Assembly (NCBI GenBank): GCA_049679185.1
Contig: JBAUFO010000083.1
Coordinates: forward strand, 25,958-89,957
Direction of reading: 5' to 3'
Source of the DNA: Candidatus Zixiibacteriota bacterium
Lineage (GTDB): Bacteria > Zixibacteria > MSB-5A5 > SM1-73
DNA length: 64,000 nucleotides
The position numbers and the translations under genes are program-made. This document shows, piece after piece, positions 9,073 to 18,315 of the stretch. How positions within the stretch are numbered: position 1 is the first letter of the stretch; each line of letters opens with the position of its first letter. Below the pieces are notes generated by a model. It worked only from the letters and a program-made list of their open reading frames with translations. It was not told where the DNA came from and ran no database searches.

Positions 9073-9720
9073 ATGATCGACCTGCATACTCATACCACCC
9101 TGAGTGACGGAGCCCTAATCCCGGCGGAATTAGTGAGGAGAGCGGAGATTGCAGGATATAAAGCCATTGCCATCACGGATCACGTCGACTCGGGAAACAT
9201 GGAGACTATTCTGAAACAGGTGATCAAGGTGGCAGAGGATTTCAACCGTCAGGGTCAACTTAAAGTTCTGCCCGGCGTCGAAATAACTCATATGCCGCCT
9301 CCTTTGATTCCGGACATGGCCAACGCGGCAAGAAAATTGGGAGCAAAGATTGTTGTGGTTCACGGGGAGTCGCCGGTTGAGCCGGTATGCCCGCAAACCA
9401 ACTTCGTTGGTCTGCGGAGCGATATCGACATCCTGGCTCATCCCGGAATGATCACGGAAGAAGAGGTAAAACTGGCAAAGGAGAGGGGAATCTACCTGGA
9501 GCTGTCGGCTCGGAAAGGGCACTGCCTGGCTAACGGCCGGTTAGTTGTGCTGGCAAGAAAATTCCAGGCTAAGCTGGTTATCAACACCGACGCGCATACC
9601 CCTGGAGAGCTTTTTTCCAAAGGTCTCTTGAAAAAGGTCGGCTTGGGGGCGGGATTGACCGAACACGAGTTGGAAGAGGTGTTTCAGAATTCTGCGGAAC
9701 TGGTGAAAAAAAGATTCTGA
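9073..9720 (+). CDS. PHP-domain (polymerase/histidinol-phosphatase-like) phosphoesterase
   Basis: N-terminal MIDLHTHTTLSDGA and an internal ITDH motif, the PHP metal-binding signature. Confidence 0.85.
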   Translation: MIDLHTHTTLSDGALIPAELVRRAEIAGYKAIAITDHVDSGNMETILKQVIKVAEDFNRQGQLKVLPGVEITHMPPPLIPDMANAARKLGAKIVVVHGESPVEPVCPQTNFVGLRSDIDILAHPGMITEEEVKLAKERGIYLELSARKGHCLANGRLVVLARKFQAKLVINTDAHTPGELFSKGLLKKVGLGAGLTEHELEEVFQNSAELVKKRF

Positions 9721-9799
9721 GCCGATCGATTCTCAACGCAACGGCCGCAAATAAACTCCGGGGTTCGTACCCTGCTTCATTTGAAACCTGAAAGGAAAA

Positions 9800-10648
9800 A
9801 TGACGATCAAGTTCTCCAAAATGCAGGCTCTGGGCAACGACTATATCTACGTCGATTGCTTCAAGCAGAGGCTGGCCGGAGTTAATCTATCCGATCTGGC
9901 AAAAAGGATCTGCGATAGGCATTTCGGCGTTGGTGCAGATGGGTTGATTCTGGTTTCACCCGGCAGGACGCGCAGATTCAGAATGATCTTCTTTAACCCG
10001 GACGGAACCGAGGCGGAGATGTGCGGAAACGGCATTCGATGTTTTGCCCGCTTCCTCCATAATAGTGGTTTGTCCAGAGGCAAGAAGCAGAACATTGAGA
10101 CCAAAGCCGGGATAATTCAGACCGAAATAATCAGGACCGGAGACGATTTCCTGGTTAAGGCTGATATCGGGAGGCCAATACTGGAGCGGAAGAGAATACC
10201 GGTTAAAGGACGGGGAAGATTCTGCATAGGTGAGAGACTCAAGCTGAACGGGCGCAGCGTGAAAATCACCAGCGTCTCTCTGGGGAATCCCCACACGGTG
10301 ATATTCGTTAAGGAGTTCAGCCCCCAGTGGCGGAAGATCGGACAGATTGTGGAGAATCATCCCGCCTTTCCCCGTCGGACCAATGTGGAGTTTGCCAAAA
10401 TCCTCAGGCCGAACAGAATCAGGCTCAAGATATGGGAGCGTGGAGCAGGAGAGACCTTAGCTTCCGGAACCGGAGCATCGGCAGCGACTGTTGCCGGGGT
10501 GCTGGCCAAAAAATTGAACCGGCGGGTGACCGCCTTGTTCGATAAGGGGAAACTCTTCATCGAGTGGAATGAGACAAATGATCGCCTCTACATGACCGGA
10601 CCGGCTGCCTCGGTTTTCTCCGGAGTTTATAATTACGATCGAAGATAG
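9800..10648 (+). CDS. dapF: diaminopimelate epimerase
   Basis: FSKMQALGNDYIYVD ... NPDGTEAEMCGNGIRCFARF ... two catalytic Cys (CGNG and ETLASGTGASA regions). Confidence 0.95.
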   Translation: MTIKFSKMQALGNDYIYVDCFKQRLAGVNLSDLAKRICDRHFGVGADGLILVSPGRTRRFRMIFFNPDGTEAEMCGNGIRCFARFLHNSGLSRGKKQNIETKAGIIQTEIIRTGDDFLVKADIGRPILERKRIPVKGRGRFCIGERLKLNGRSVKITSVSLGNPHTVIFVKEFSPQWRKIGQIVENHPAFPRRTNVEFAKILRPNRIRLKIWERGAGETLASGTGASAATVAGVLAKKLNRRVTALFDKGKLFIEWNETNDRLYMTGPAASVFSGVYNYDRR

Positions 10649-10680
10649 TCGGTCCCGGCACACGTGTCGAAGATAAGAGC

Positions 10681-10710
10681 ACCAGAACCTAACTTAAGTT
10701 AGGTTCTGGT
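10681..10710. repeat. 30-nt perfect palindrome ACCAGAACCTAACTTAAGTTAGGTTCTGGT (REP-like; core CCTAACTTAAGTTAGG recurs at 18216-18243)
   Basis: Exact inverted repeat 33 nt after the dapF stop; a second near-identical palindrome overlaps the thiE stop codon. Confidence 0.8.
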
Positions 10711-10800
10711 CCCTGATGTTAAATGAAGAACTGGAGTGTTCACCTTCAGGTGAACCGCATTTGGGTAATGCCCTTTGGCAAATTTCAGGTCAAGCTGAAG

Positions 10801-10825
10801 TCGAAAACCCCGCCGTGGCGGGGCT
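10801..10825. repeat. GC hairpin motif CGAAAACCCCGCCGTGGCGGGGCT (second copy at 51741-51763)
   Basis: 22-nt near-identical motif in two intergenic regions. On the minus strand it reads CCCCGCCACGGCGGGG followed by TTTT, so it is terminator-like. Confidence 0.7.
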
Positions 10826-10989
10826 TGACACTCCAGTGCGATCTTACATGTCTCACGAGCAATGCCTTCTTAGCGGTTTTTTGACCTTAAGGGAAGACTT
10901 CTTTCGGGTAAAATCGTATAATGTTAATGGCTGGGCAAAGCGCTGACTCCTTCCTTCATCCAGGCGCTTGCGGCATAGATAGATGAGGT

Positions 10990-13900
10990 TTGAAGAAAGA
11001 AGAGATTTTCTCTAAGATGAAAAAGAGATTCAAATTTCCCCTTTACTTCGTTTCCTTCGTGCTCTTTGCCTGCCTGCTTTTCTGGGGACTTCTAAACCAA
11101 ACCCAGTTGGTGGAGAATCAGGTCAACCGGGCATTGAGGATTCTCGTCCAGAGCAAGTATGCGCTCAAGGTGAACGTTGGGGATATCAGAGGTGTATTCT
11201 GGCGTGAGCTTGTGATTACGGGTGTAACCGTTGATTTCATCGATGAAACCACCAGCTACAGGATTGCTGACATTCCTTTCCTCAAGGTGAATTACAGGCT
11301 GGCCAATCTGTGGAGAAAGAAGTGGATCCTGGATTCTTTGACCATTGAGCATCCCAGATTCGTGCTGAGAAAGACGGAGGAAGGCAAATTGCTGGTGACG
11401 GTTCCTCGATCCGAAAGAAAAGCCATATCCAAGACGGGGTTATTTGACTTCAAGATTGGAAACCTGAGAATTGAAAAAGGCAGCCTTGAATATCTCTCTC
11501 CTGAGAAACAGTCCAGCATAGATAGCCTGAGCGTTGAGCTTTCCCTGAGCAAAGATGCTGATGGAATCAAGCTCAACTTACACCGAGGCGGTCTGGAGTA
11601 TCCAGAGAAGGACTTCGTCCTACGGAACATAGAAGGCTTTTTCTGGCTGATGAAAGACACCCTGGCCATCGAAGGGCTGAGAATCAAAACAGAAGACTCG
11701 GACGTGGAGATCTCAGGAAACGTGGCTAATCTCAAAGAACCGGAGTTCTTCTTTGCAGTCAAAGCACGACCGGTAGACCTGGAGAACCTCAGGAAGTTTA
11801 CCGGCGTGCGGTTATCAGGAGTGCTGGAGCTGGATGGGACCTGCGAGGGGAATCTCAAAAGATTCGGAGGGCAGGCGACCTTGAACGGTCTGTTTTTCGA
11901 AAGGAGATTCGAACCGATAAGGACCGAGTATTCCTATCATAACAGAAAGTTGACCTTCTCGTACATAAGCGGTCGGGCCTTCGGTTCCCCTGTAAGCGGA
12001 AAGGGGATGTTCGACTTCAGCATAGTACCTGAGGAGTATGAATTCGAGGGAAAGGTTCAAAATCTTGATCTGAACAACATCGCCTTCGGAAGCATCGTCA
12101 CCGCTCTTTCCGGCGAGATTCACATGCGGGGGAGATCCACTTCAGAAGAGGAATTGTTCATGCAGATGGAGGTGAATCTGCAGGAGGGAAGAATCGAGCA
12201 CTACAGCTTCAACCAGGCCGAAGGAATCATCGACGTCACCTCCGACTCGGTGGCTTTTCATCCGCGGTTTCAGTTCCGCTACAAGAACACCGGAATAGCC
12301 TTGACCGGGAAACTGGAGTACGACGGAGAGATCGACATAGATGCCTGGGTCGATTTCAGCGACCTGACGGATTTCCGGGAGCAGATATTCATAAAGGAGA
12401 TGAGAGGGAGGGGAAAGGCTTTCGTTAACTTGGGCGGAAAGACGGAGGATTTCAATATCAAAGGAGAGTTTACGTCCGACTCATGCTACGCTTATGAGCT
12501 TTTCAGTTCAGATGCAAGAATCAAACTCGATATAGCCAACTTCTTGAGCAAACAGAAAGGACAGGTCGACGTTCGTTTTCTGGACGGGGAGGCCTGGGGC
12601 GTGAGATATGACAGCCTGGTCTCCCGATTGAAGGTCGACGATGAATGGATCAAGATAGACACGGCCCGTCTGGAAAGCCAACACCTTGCCCTGAATTTCT
12701 GGGGTGAGTTGGACGTCTCCAAAGTTCCTCAAACTCTGTTGATCTACGAGATACTTTTGGATTATCAGGGGAATCTCCTAAATTCCTCCTCACCCACGGT
12801 GGTGAACATTGACACCCAGGAGGTCCGGATAACGAAGTGCATCCTTTCAGGGGAGACCGGAAAGATCGACGTGTCAGGTATCATCGACTACGAGGAGAAT
12901 ATGGATATTTCTTTAGAGGTATCCGGGTTGGACGTCGCTCCCTGGGCAGCACTTCTTACGTCGGAACCTATTGAAGGGAGGCTCTCCGTTCAAACCATAC
13001 TCCAGGGGAATTTTGAGAGCCCGCAAATTGAGCTAAACGGAGAAATCGAACGACTGAAATTCAAAGGCATGGAGTTGGGAGATCTGAAAACGAATATTTC
13101 ATACAAGGATAAGAAAATAGAGATCAGAGACCTTGCGGTAACCGACCCGGACTGGCGATATACCCTGAAGGGATTCCTGCCTCTGGATTTGTCATTTACC
13201 TCGGTAGAGGAGAGGATTCTGGTGGAATCCCAGGATCTCACCCTTTCAGCGAAAGGAAAGCGGCTGGAGTTGATTAAGCTGTTTATCCCGATGATCGAAT
13301 ATCTGAGAGGCGACTTTGCGGGTGACTTAGAGATTGCCGGAAGCCTGCTTCATCCACGATTCGACGGGCAGATGACCGTAAAAGAGGGGAGCTTGAAGTT
13401 CGCTGAGCTGGCCGATCCGGTGGAAGACCTGCTGGTGGAGATGAGGATGAAGGATGAGAATCTCATACTGGACAGAGTAGGCGGTTCCATGAAGAGCGGG
13501 AGGGGTCGCAAGGGCGGATTCTTCGCCAGGCTGTGGAGAATCTTCTCGCCGGGCCAGCAAATCGAAGGGGAGCTCACGGGCTTCGGAACCATCGACCTGA
13601 AAGACATACAGAGCATAGAGTACAGCTTATACTTCTCCGGAGAGAGGATTCCCATCGATTACGAGTATGCCGATCTTTCCGCGCTAGCTGATCTGACCGT
13701 GGAGATATCGGGTAGGTCCCCGCCCCTGGTTTCCTCCGAGATTTTTCTCTCCGAGTTCTTCTACCGGGAGTCTTTCACGTCGTCCGGTTCCGGGACCTTC
13801 GTCACCGCCAGTCACCAGGAGACCGACCTGTGGGACTGGAATCTGGACGTGTCTGTCGCCAACAACTGCTGGATCATGAACGACGACGTGAATCTGGAAT

Positions 13901-14610
13901 TCAGCGGCGATGTGCGGGTGCTGCGGGAGGGGGGCGAGCTCAGGATCCTGGGTGACATGGAGATCATCAGGGGAAAGTACTTCCTCTACGGAACCAAGTT
14001 CAAGATTGAAAAAGGATCGTTCTTCTTTGACAACGTGGAGAGGATCGACCCCAAGATCGATTTTCTGGTCTCCACCAGGCTATGGGGAGCAACTCCCGGG
14101 TCTTCCGGTGGCGGGACCCTTTTGGGCACGGGGTCGAGCAACGAGATCAAGTTAGCTATCGGTGGCACCCTTTCGGAGCCGGAGGTCGAGCCGGCACCTG
14201 GCTCACCATATGCCAAGGATGACATTCTGGAACTTCTGGCTTTTCAGCAGGGCATGGGCTCCGTCGATTCGGTGGGAGTGGGGAGCTTGTTCCAGGAGAG
14301 GGTAATCAAGAGCCTGGGTGGTGCTTACAGCAGCCGATTCTTAGAGAGCATCGCCGGCAGGACCCTGGGGGTGGAGACATTCGAGATAGTTCCCACCTGG
14401 AGCGAGAAGTTCCGGCTTACCGATGCTCAGATTACCATTGGCAAATACGTCTCGGACAAGGTCTATCTGCGTTACACCCGCCGCCTCTCCCAGTCCAGCG
14501 GGCAGGAAACAGGTGTGGAATACAGGTTGAATAAACACCTTTTTTTTGAAGGACGCAAGGACAAAGCGGGGCTTTTCCATCTGGGTCTAAATCTCAATTG
14601 GGAATATTGA
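10990..14610 (+). CDS. tamB: TamB/AsmA-like translocation and assembly module protein (DUF490-type C-terminus)
   Basis: 1206 aa, N-terminal signal-anchor helix, long beta-rich repetitive body, C-terminal ...LNLNWEY like the TamB DUF490 tail. Immediately followed by an Omp85 gene. Confidence 0.7.
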   Translation: MKKEEIFSKMKKRFKFPLYFVSFVLFACLLFWGLLNQTQLVENQVNRALRILVQSKYALKVNVGDIRGVFWRELVITGVTVDFIDETTSYRIADIPFLKVNYRLANLWRKKWILDSLTIEHPRFVLRKTEEGKLLVTVPRSERKAISKTGLFDFKIGNLRIEKGSLEYLSPEKQSSIDSLSVELSLSKDADGIKLNLHRGGLEYPEKDFVLRNIEGFFWLMKDTLAIEGLRIKTEDSDVEISGNVANLKEPEFFFAVKARPVDLENLRKFTGVRLSGVLELDGTCEGNLKRFGGQATLNGLFFERRFEPIRTEYSYHNRKLTFSYISGRAFGSPVSGKGMFDFSIVPEEYEFEGKVQNLDLNNIAFGSIVTALSGEIHMRGRSTSEEELFMQMEVNLQEGRIEHYSFNQAEGIIDVTSDSVAFHPRFQFRYKNTGIALTGKLEYDGEIDIDAWVDFSDLTDFREQIFIKEMRGRGKAFVNLGGKTEDFNIKGEFTSDSCYAYELFSSDARIKLDIANFLSKQKGQVDVRFLDGEAWGVRYDSLVSRLKVDDEWIKIDTARLESQHLALNFWGELDVSKVPQTLLIYEILLDYQGNLLNSSSPTVVNIDTQEVRITKCILSGETGKIDVSGIIDYEENMDISLEVSGLDVAPWAALLTSEPIEGRLSVQTILQGNFESPQIELNGEIERLKFKGMELGDLKTNISYKDKKIEIRDLAVTDPDWRYTLKGFLPLDLSFTSVEERILVESQDLTLSAKGKRLELIKLFIPMIEYLRGDFAGDLEIAGSLLHPRFDGQMTVKEGSLKFAELADPVEDLLVEMRMKDENLILDRVGGSMKSGRGRKGGFFARLWRIFSPGQQIEGELTGFGTIDLKDIQSIEYSLYFSGERIPIDYEYADLSALADLTVEISGRSPPLVSSEIFLSEFFYRESFTSSGSGTFVTASHQETDLWDWNLDVSVANNCWIMNDDVNLEFSGDVRVLREGGELRILGDMEIIRGKYFLYGTKFKIEKGSFFFDNVERIDPKIDFLVSTRLWGATPGSSGGGTLLGTGSSNEIKLAIGGTLSEPEVEPAPGSPYAKDDILELLAFQQGMGSVDSVGVGSLFQERVIKSLGGAYSSRFLESIAGRTLGVETFEIVPTWSEKFRLTDAQITIGKYVSDKVYLRYTRRLSQSSGQETGVEYRLNKHLFFEGRKDKAGLFHLGLNLNWEY

Positions 14611-14731
14611 AGAGAGCAGCTTTTTTGCATTGGAGTAATGGTTCAAATATCGGACTTCATGATCTGAAGAGCCTTATGCTAGCCCTGAGCAACACGGAGT
14701 TTGAAGCCGGTTTTGAAAAGAAGACACGACA

Positions 14732-16618
14732 ATGGTCAACAACCTCAGTAACAAATATCCAAATGTCCTGCTGATCTTTGTGGCAGTTCTTTTCCTCACT
14801 GCAACCGCTCAGGCGGGCAATCGGAATAAACCGATCATTGAGGAGATTGCCATAGAAGGGAACACTTATTTCTCCGACGGGAAGATAAAGGATCAAATGG
14901 GCCTGAAGAAAAACAGGTGGTATACCCTCTTCAAGAAAAGAAGGTTCAGCTTGAAAAAGGCAGAGTTGGACCAGGCGTCGATCGATTCTCTATATCACGT
15001 CAACGGATTCCTGGAGGCGGAAAGCGAGATCGGCGCAGAGGAGAAAAAGAAAAACAGTTGTGTAGTCAAGGTGACCATCAAAGAGGGATATCAAACCAGG
15101 CTGGGAAAAGTCATCCTGAAGGGTGGACTGCCCCAGTTTGAGGAAAAGACAAGAAAAGAGATGAAACCGTTGAGAGGCGGCGAACCCTTTAACTGGACGA
15201 AGCTGTACGACGTGCGTTTTAACATCGGAACGATCTATGCCAACAAAGGTTATCCTTATGCTGACGTTCAAATCCTGGTGTCGGCAGGGGAAAATAGGTA
15301 CATGCCGGACGTCACCCTGCAAGTGAACCCGCGGAAGAAGGTCTTCTTCGGCAAGGTCACCTATGAAGGGCTGAAGCTTACCAGGGGGAATGTGGCACGG
15401 AGGGAGTTGACCATGAAGGAGGGGGAGATCTATTCCCGGGAGAAGATCGTGGACAGCCGGCAGAGGGTTTACTCCACCGGGCTTTTCAGCTACATAACCC
15501 TCAAAACCAAGGACGTGGAGCAGAAACCGGACAAACCGGATTTCGTCCTGAGAGTGGTGGAGAAGAAGCCGTATTACGTCGGTGGTAAGGTGGAGCTGGC
15601 GCATCAGCCCCAGTCAGCAAACCAGCACGAATACCTCACCGTGGATTTCACCGGAGAGTGGGGAAACCGCAACATTGCCGGCACCTCCCGAAAAATCGGA
15701 CTGGCCGCTTATTACAGCTACAAGATCGAGCGCAAGGTGGAAAGGTTGTCGAATCGATTCACCTGTAGGTACGTACAGCCCTGGATTCTCGGAACCAGGA
15801 CGGTTCTGGACCTGGACGTGTATTATGAGCCAGGGGTACAAAGCGTGGTTCAGAAATACCGCATCGAGTCGTATGGCGGAAACATGAACTTCAGCCGGGA
15901 GTTCACCAGATATACCAAGGCTTGGCTCACCGCCAGTTATCAGCAGGTACATATCTACAGCATTCCTCCGGCGGAGTTGGAGACTTACAAAGAGGAGCAG
16001 GGGATAAGCATTCGAAGGAAGATAATCTTCTCCGGAGAGAAGGATTCACGAAGCAACATATTCATTCCTTTGGACGGATCCTTCACTCAAGTTTACGCGG
16101 AGTTGGTGGGAGGATTCCTGGGGGGGGATAACCATTTCTTCAAGACGAGATTCTCCTGGGCCAGGTACAATAATCTTAGCAGGAGGAAGAAGCTGAACGT
16201 TTTGGCCACCAGAATAAAACTTGGCTATGCGGATGGGCTTTCTCGCTTGGATATGGTTCCCAGCTTTGACCGGTTTTACATGGGGGGAGCCTCGACCATG
16301 AGAGGATTCAAGGAAAACAGCATGGGTCCGACAGATATGGGAGGTGGCCCAAGAGGAGGGAAGGTGATGGTGGTGGGGAATATTGAATATCGGAGAGCAC
16401 TGTTCTGGAAATTCGGCTGCACCATCTTCGTTGACGCAGGGAACCTGTGGGAAAAGCCGAAACATGTAAACGGAAGGGATTTCAAGGTCAGCTCCGGCGT
16501 GGGAATTCAGTTCTTCACCCCGGTGGGACCGCTGCGGCTGGATTACGGAAGGCAACTTCCCATCAAAGAGAGCCCCGAAACGGGTCGATTTCACCTGAGC
16601 ATCCTCTATGCCTTCTAG
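14732..16618 (+). CDS. Omp85-family outer-membrane protein (BamA/TamA-like; POTRA domains + beta-barrel)
   Basis: 628 aa, signal peptide, POTRA-like repeats, C-terminal barrel ending in aromatic ...LSILYAF. Pairs with upstream tamB, so likely TamA. Confidence 0.85.
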   Translation: MVNNLSNKYPNVLLIFVAVLFLTATAQAGNRNKPIIEEIAIEGNTYFSDGKIKDQMGLKKNRWYTLFKKRRFSLKKAELDQASIDSLYHVNGFLEAESEIGAEEKKKNSCVVKVTIKEGYQTRLGKVILKGGLPQFEEKTRKEMKPLRGGEPFNWTKLYDVRFNIGTIYANKGYPYADVQILVSAGENRYMPDVTLQVNPRKKVFFGKVTYEGLKLTRGNVARRELTMKEGEIYSREKIVDSRQRVYSTGLFSYITLKTKDVEQKPDKPDFVLRVVEKKPYYVGGKVELAHQPQSANQHEYLTVDFTGEWGNRNIAGTSRKIGLAAYYSYKIERKVERLSNRFTCRYVQPWILGTRTVLDLDVYYEPGVQSVVQKYRIESYGGNMNFSREFTRYTKAWLTASYQQVHIYSIPPAELETYKEEQGISIRRKIIFSGEKDSRSNIFIPLDGSFTQVYAELVGGFLGGDNHFFKTRFSWARYNNLSRRKKLNVLATRIKLGYADGLSRLDMVPSFDRFYMGGASTMRGFKENSMGPTDMGGGPRGGKVMVVGNIEYRRALFWKFGCTIFVDAGNLWEKPKHVNGRDFKVSSGVGIQFFTPVGPLRLDYGRQLPIKESPETGRFHLSILYAF

Positions 16619-16732
16619 TGACGAGACCACATAACTGTGTGTGGGACAGTGTAATGCGCCGTGCTTCTAAACATATACTTTAAATCGTCTGCAAGCCGCG
16701 GGAAAGAAGGAATGGTTCGGAAGTAGGAGAGA

Positions 16733-17512
16733 ATGAGCCGACGCGCGATAACTCCCAGAATCGCAATTAGCTGCTCCATGGAGCATCAGGATAGGAAGAG
16801 GAAGTTTCCTACCGCCTCTACCTTTGATTATCTGAAGAGGTCCTATTATGAGGTGGTGGAGAGATCGGGAGGAACTGCCGTGCTCTTGCCCAACACCAAA
16901 AGAAGGGACAAGATTCATGAGTACTTACGGATGGTAGACGGCATCCTGGTGAGCGGGGGGAATGATGTCGACCCGGTCTTCTACGGAGAGAGAAAAAAGT
17001 GCGGTAACTTGAGCATCACCAGGGAGAGAGATATCTTTGAGATAGCTTTGGTGAGAAGGGCGAAGACCAGACGGGTACCTATCCTTGCCATCTGTCGGGG
17101 AATGCAACTTGTCAACGTGGCTTTCGGGGGAAGTCTGTATCAGGATTTCAGAATGGAAAGAAAATTCCTCGACCATACTCTCGAAGGATCGGGTCGTTAC
17201 CACAAGAGGCATCCGGTGACCCTCCGGGAGGGAACCAGACTCTTCGGGGCGATCGGGAAGAAGAAGATAATGGCAAACACCAGTCACCACCAAATGGTGA
17301 AAGAGGTCGCGCCGGGATTCACTGCCGCAGCCTGGTCGAAAAGAGATGGAGTCATCGAGGCGATCGAATCGAACGATGATCTCTACCTACTGTGTGTACA
17401 GTGGCATCCGGAGTTGATGAGAGATCGAAATTCAAAGGCGCTATTCGACTCATTGGTTCAATCCGCCAGAGAATTCAAATCGAGAAATCGGAACAGAAAA
17501 CCAGGCAGGTAG
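16733..17512 (+). CDS. class-I glutamine amidotransferase-like / gamma-glutamyl hydrolase (peptidase C26, PuuD-like)
   Basis: ILAICRGMQLVNVAFGGSL (catalytic Cys) ... HHQ ... VQWHPE; AGGAGA RBS 5 nt upstream. Confidence 0.85.
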   Translation: MSRRAITPRIAISCSMEHQDRKRKFPTASTFDYLKRSYYEVVERSGGTAVLLPNTKRRDKIHEYLRMVDGILVSGGNDVDPVFYGERKKCGNLSITRERDIFEIALVRRAKTRRVPILAICRGMQLVNVAFGGSLYQDFRMERKFLDHTLEGSGRYHKRHPVTLREGTRLFGAIGKKKIMANTSHHQMVKEVAPGFTAAAWSKRDGVIEAIESNDDLYLLCVQWHPELMRDRNSKALFDSLVQSAREFKSRNRNRKPGR

Positions 17513-17579
17513 GAGGGGTTTCAACAAAAAGGGATTCAAAGCGGGATGAATTACCGGCTCTATTCCATAGTGCGAGGGT

Positions 17580-18227
17580 TTGATGATGAGCAAAGAAGAA
17601 CTGCTTTCAAAGATTCAGTTGTACGTCATCGCCGACAAGAAAATATGCGGTGACAGAGATATTGAGCAAGTAGTCCGCCAGGCAATAGACGGCGGCGCCC
17701 AGATGATTCAGTATCGAGACAAGGACTCCGACGATGCCGAGTTTTTGTCGATTGCTTCAAGGCTGAAAACAGTTTGCAAAGAAAGAGCAGTTCCTTTTAT
17801 CGTCAATGACCGAACGGAAATCGCCCGGCAGGTGGACGCAGACGGAGTTCACCTGGGACAAAAAGACCTTTCCATAGACGAAGCAAAGAGAATATTAGGC
17901 TCTGAGGCCATAATCGGAAAATCCTCCAGCACCATAGACCAGGCCAAAAAGGCGGAAGAGGAGGGGGCAGATTACGTGGGAATCGGTCCCATCTTCGAAA
18001 CTTTCTCCAAAGAGATCGATAGCCCTATTGGCGTCGATATGATTCGACAGGCCAAAGATAGCCTCAAGATACCTTTCTTTGCGATCGGTGGCGTAAATCT
18101 GAAAAACGTGGATCAGATCATCCATGCTGGCGGCAGAGGGATCGCGGTGATCTCCGCAGTTATCTTGTCGGATGACGCAAAGTCAGCGGCGGCCAAACTT
18201 CTGGATAAGCTTGAGTCCGGCACCTAA
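17580..18227 (+). CDS. thiE: thiamine-phosphate synthase
   Basis: LYVIADKK ... IQYRDKD ... VNDR ... GVHLGQKDL ... IGKSSST ... GADYVGIGPIFET ... AIGGV, all typical ThiE motifs. Confidence 0.9.
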   Translation: MMMSKEELLSKIQLYVIADKKICGDRDIEQVVRQAIDGGAQMIQYRDKDSDDAEFLSIASRLKTVCKERAVPFIVNDRTEIARQVDADGVHLGQKDLSIDEAKRILGSEAIIGKSSSTIDQAKKAEEEGADYVGIGPIFETFSKEIDSPIGVDMIRQAKDSLKIPFFAIGGVNLKNVDQIIHAGGRGIAVISAVILSDDAKSAAAKLLDKLESGT

Positions 18228-18243
18228 CTTAAGTTAGGTGCTG
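18216..18243. repeat. palindrome CCGGCACCTAACTTAAGTTAGGTGCTGG (second copy of the CCTAACTTAAGTTAGG element); sits between convergent thiE and the TM-TPR gene
   Basis: Inverted repeat overlapping the thiE stop codon (TAA at 18225-18227); no T-tract. Confidence 0.75.
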
Positions 18244-18315
18244 GACGGAATGAGCATCCAGAGGGCGCGGTTTATCTTGAACACTCAAGATGATCAGTGG
18301 GTGATCGCGGTCCAG

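Noticed and set aside
14990-15604. 204-aa minus-strand ORF
   Set aside because: Entirely inside the Omp85/BamA-like gene on the opposite strand; no independent signals.
17513-17579. TPP riboswitch upstream of thiE
   Set aside because: Only 67 nt separate thiE from the upstream gene and the conserved CUGAGA/ACCUGAUC-type TPP elements are absent; thiE is probably co-transcribed.
18216-18243. Bidirectional Rho-independent terminator between thiE and the TM-TPR gene
   Set aside because: A stable palindrome but no U-tract on either strand, and an identical core recurs elsewhere. Treated as a REP-like repeat that may nonetheless help termination.
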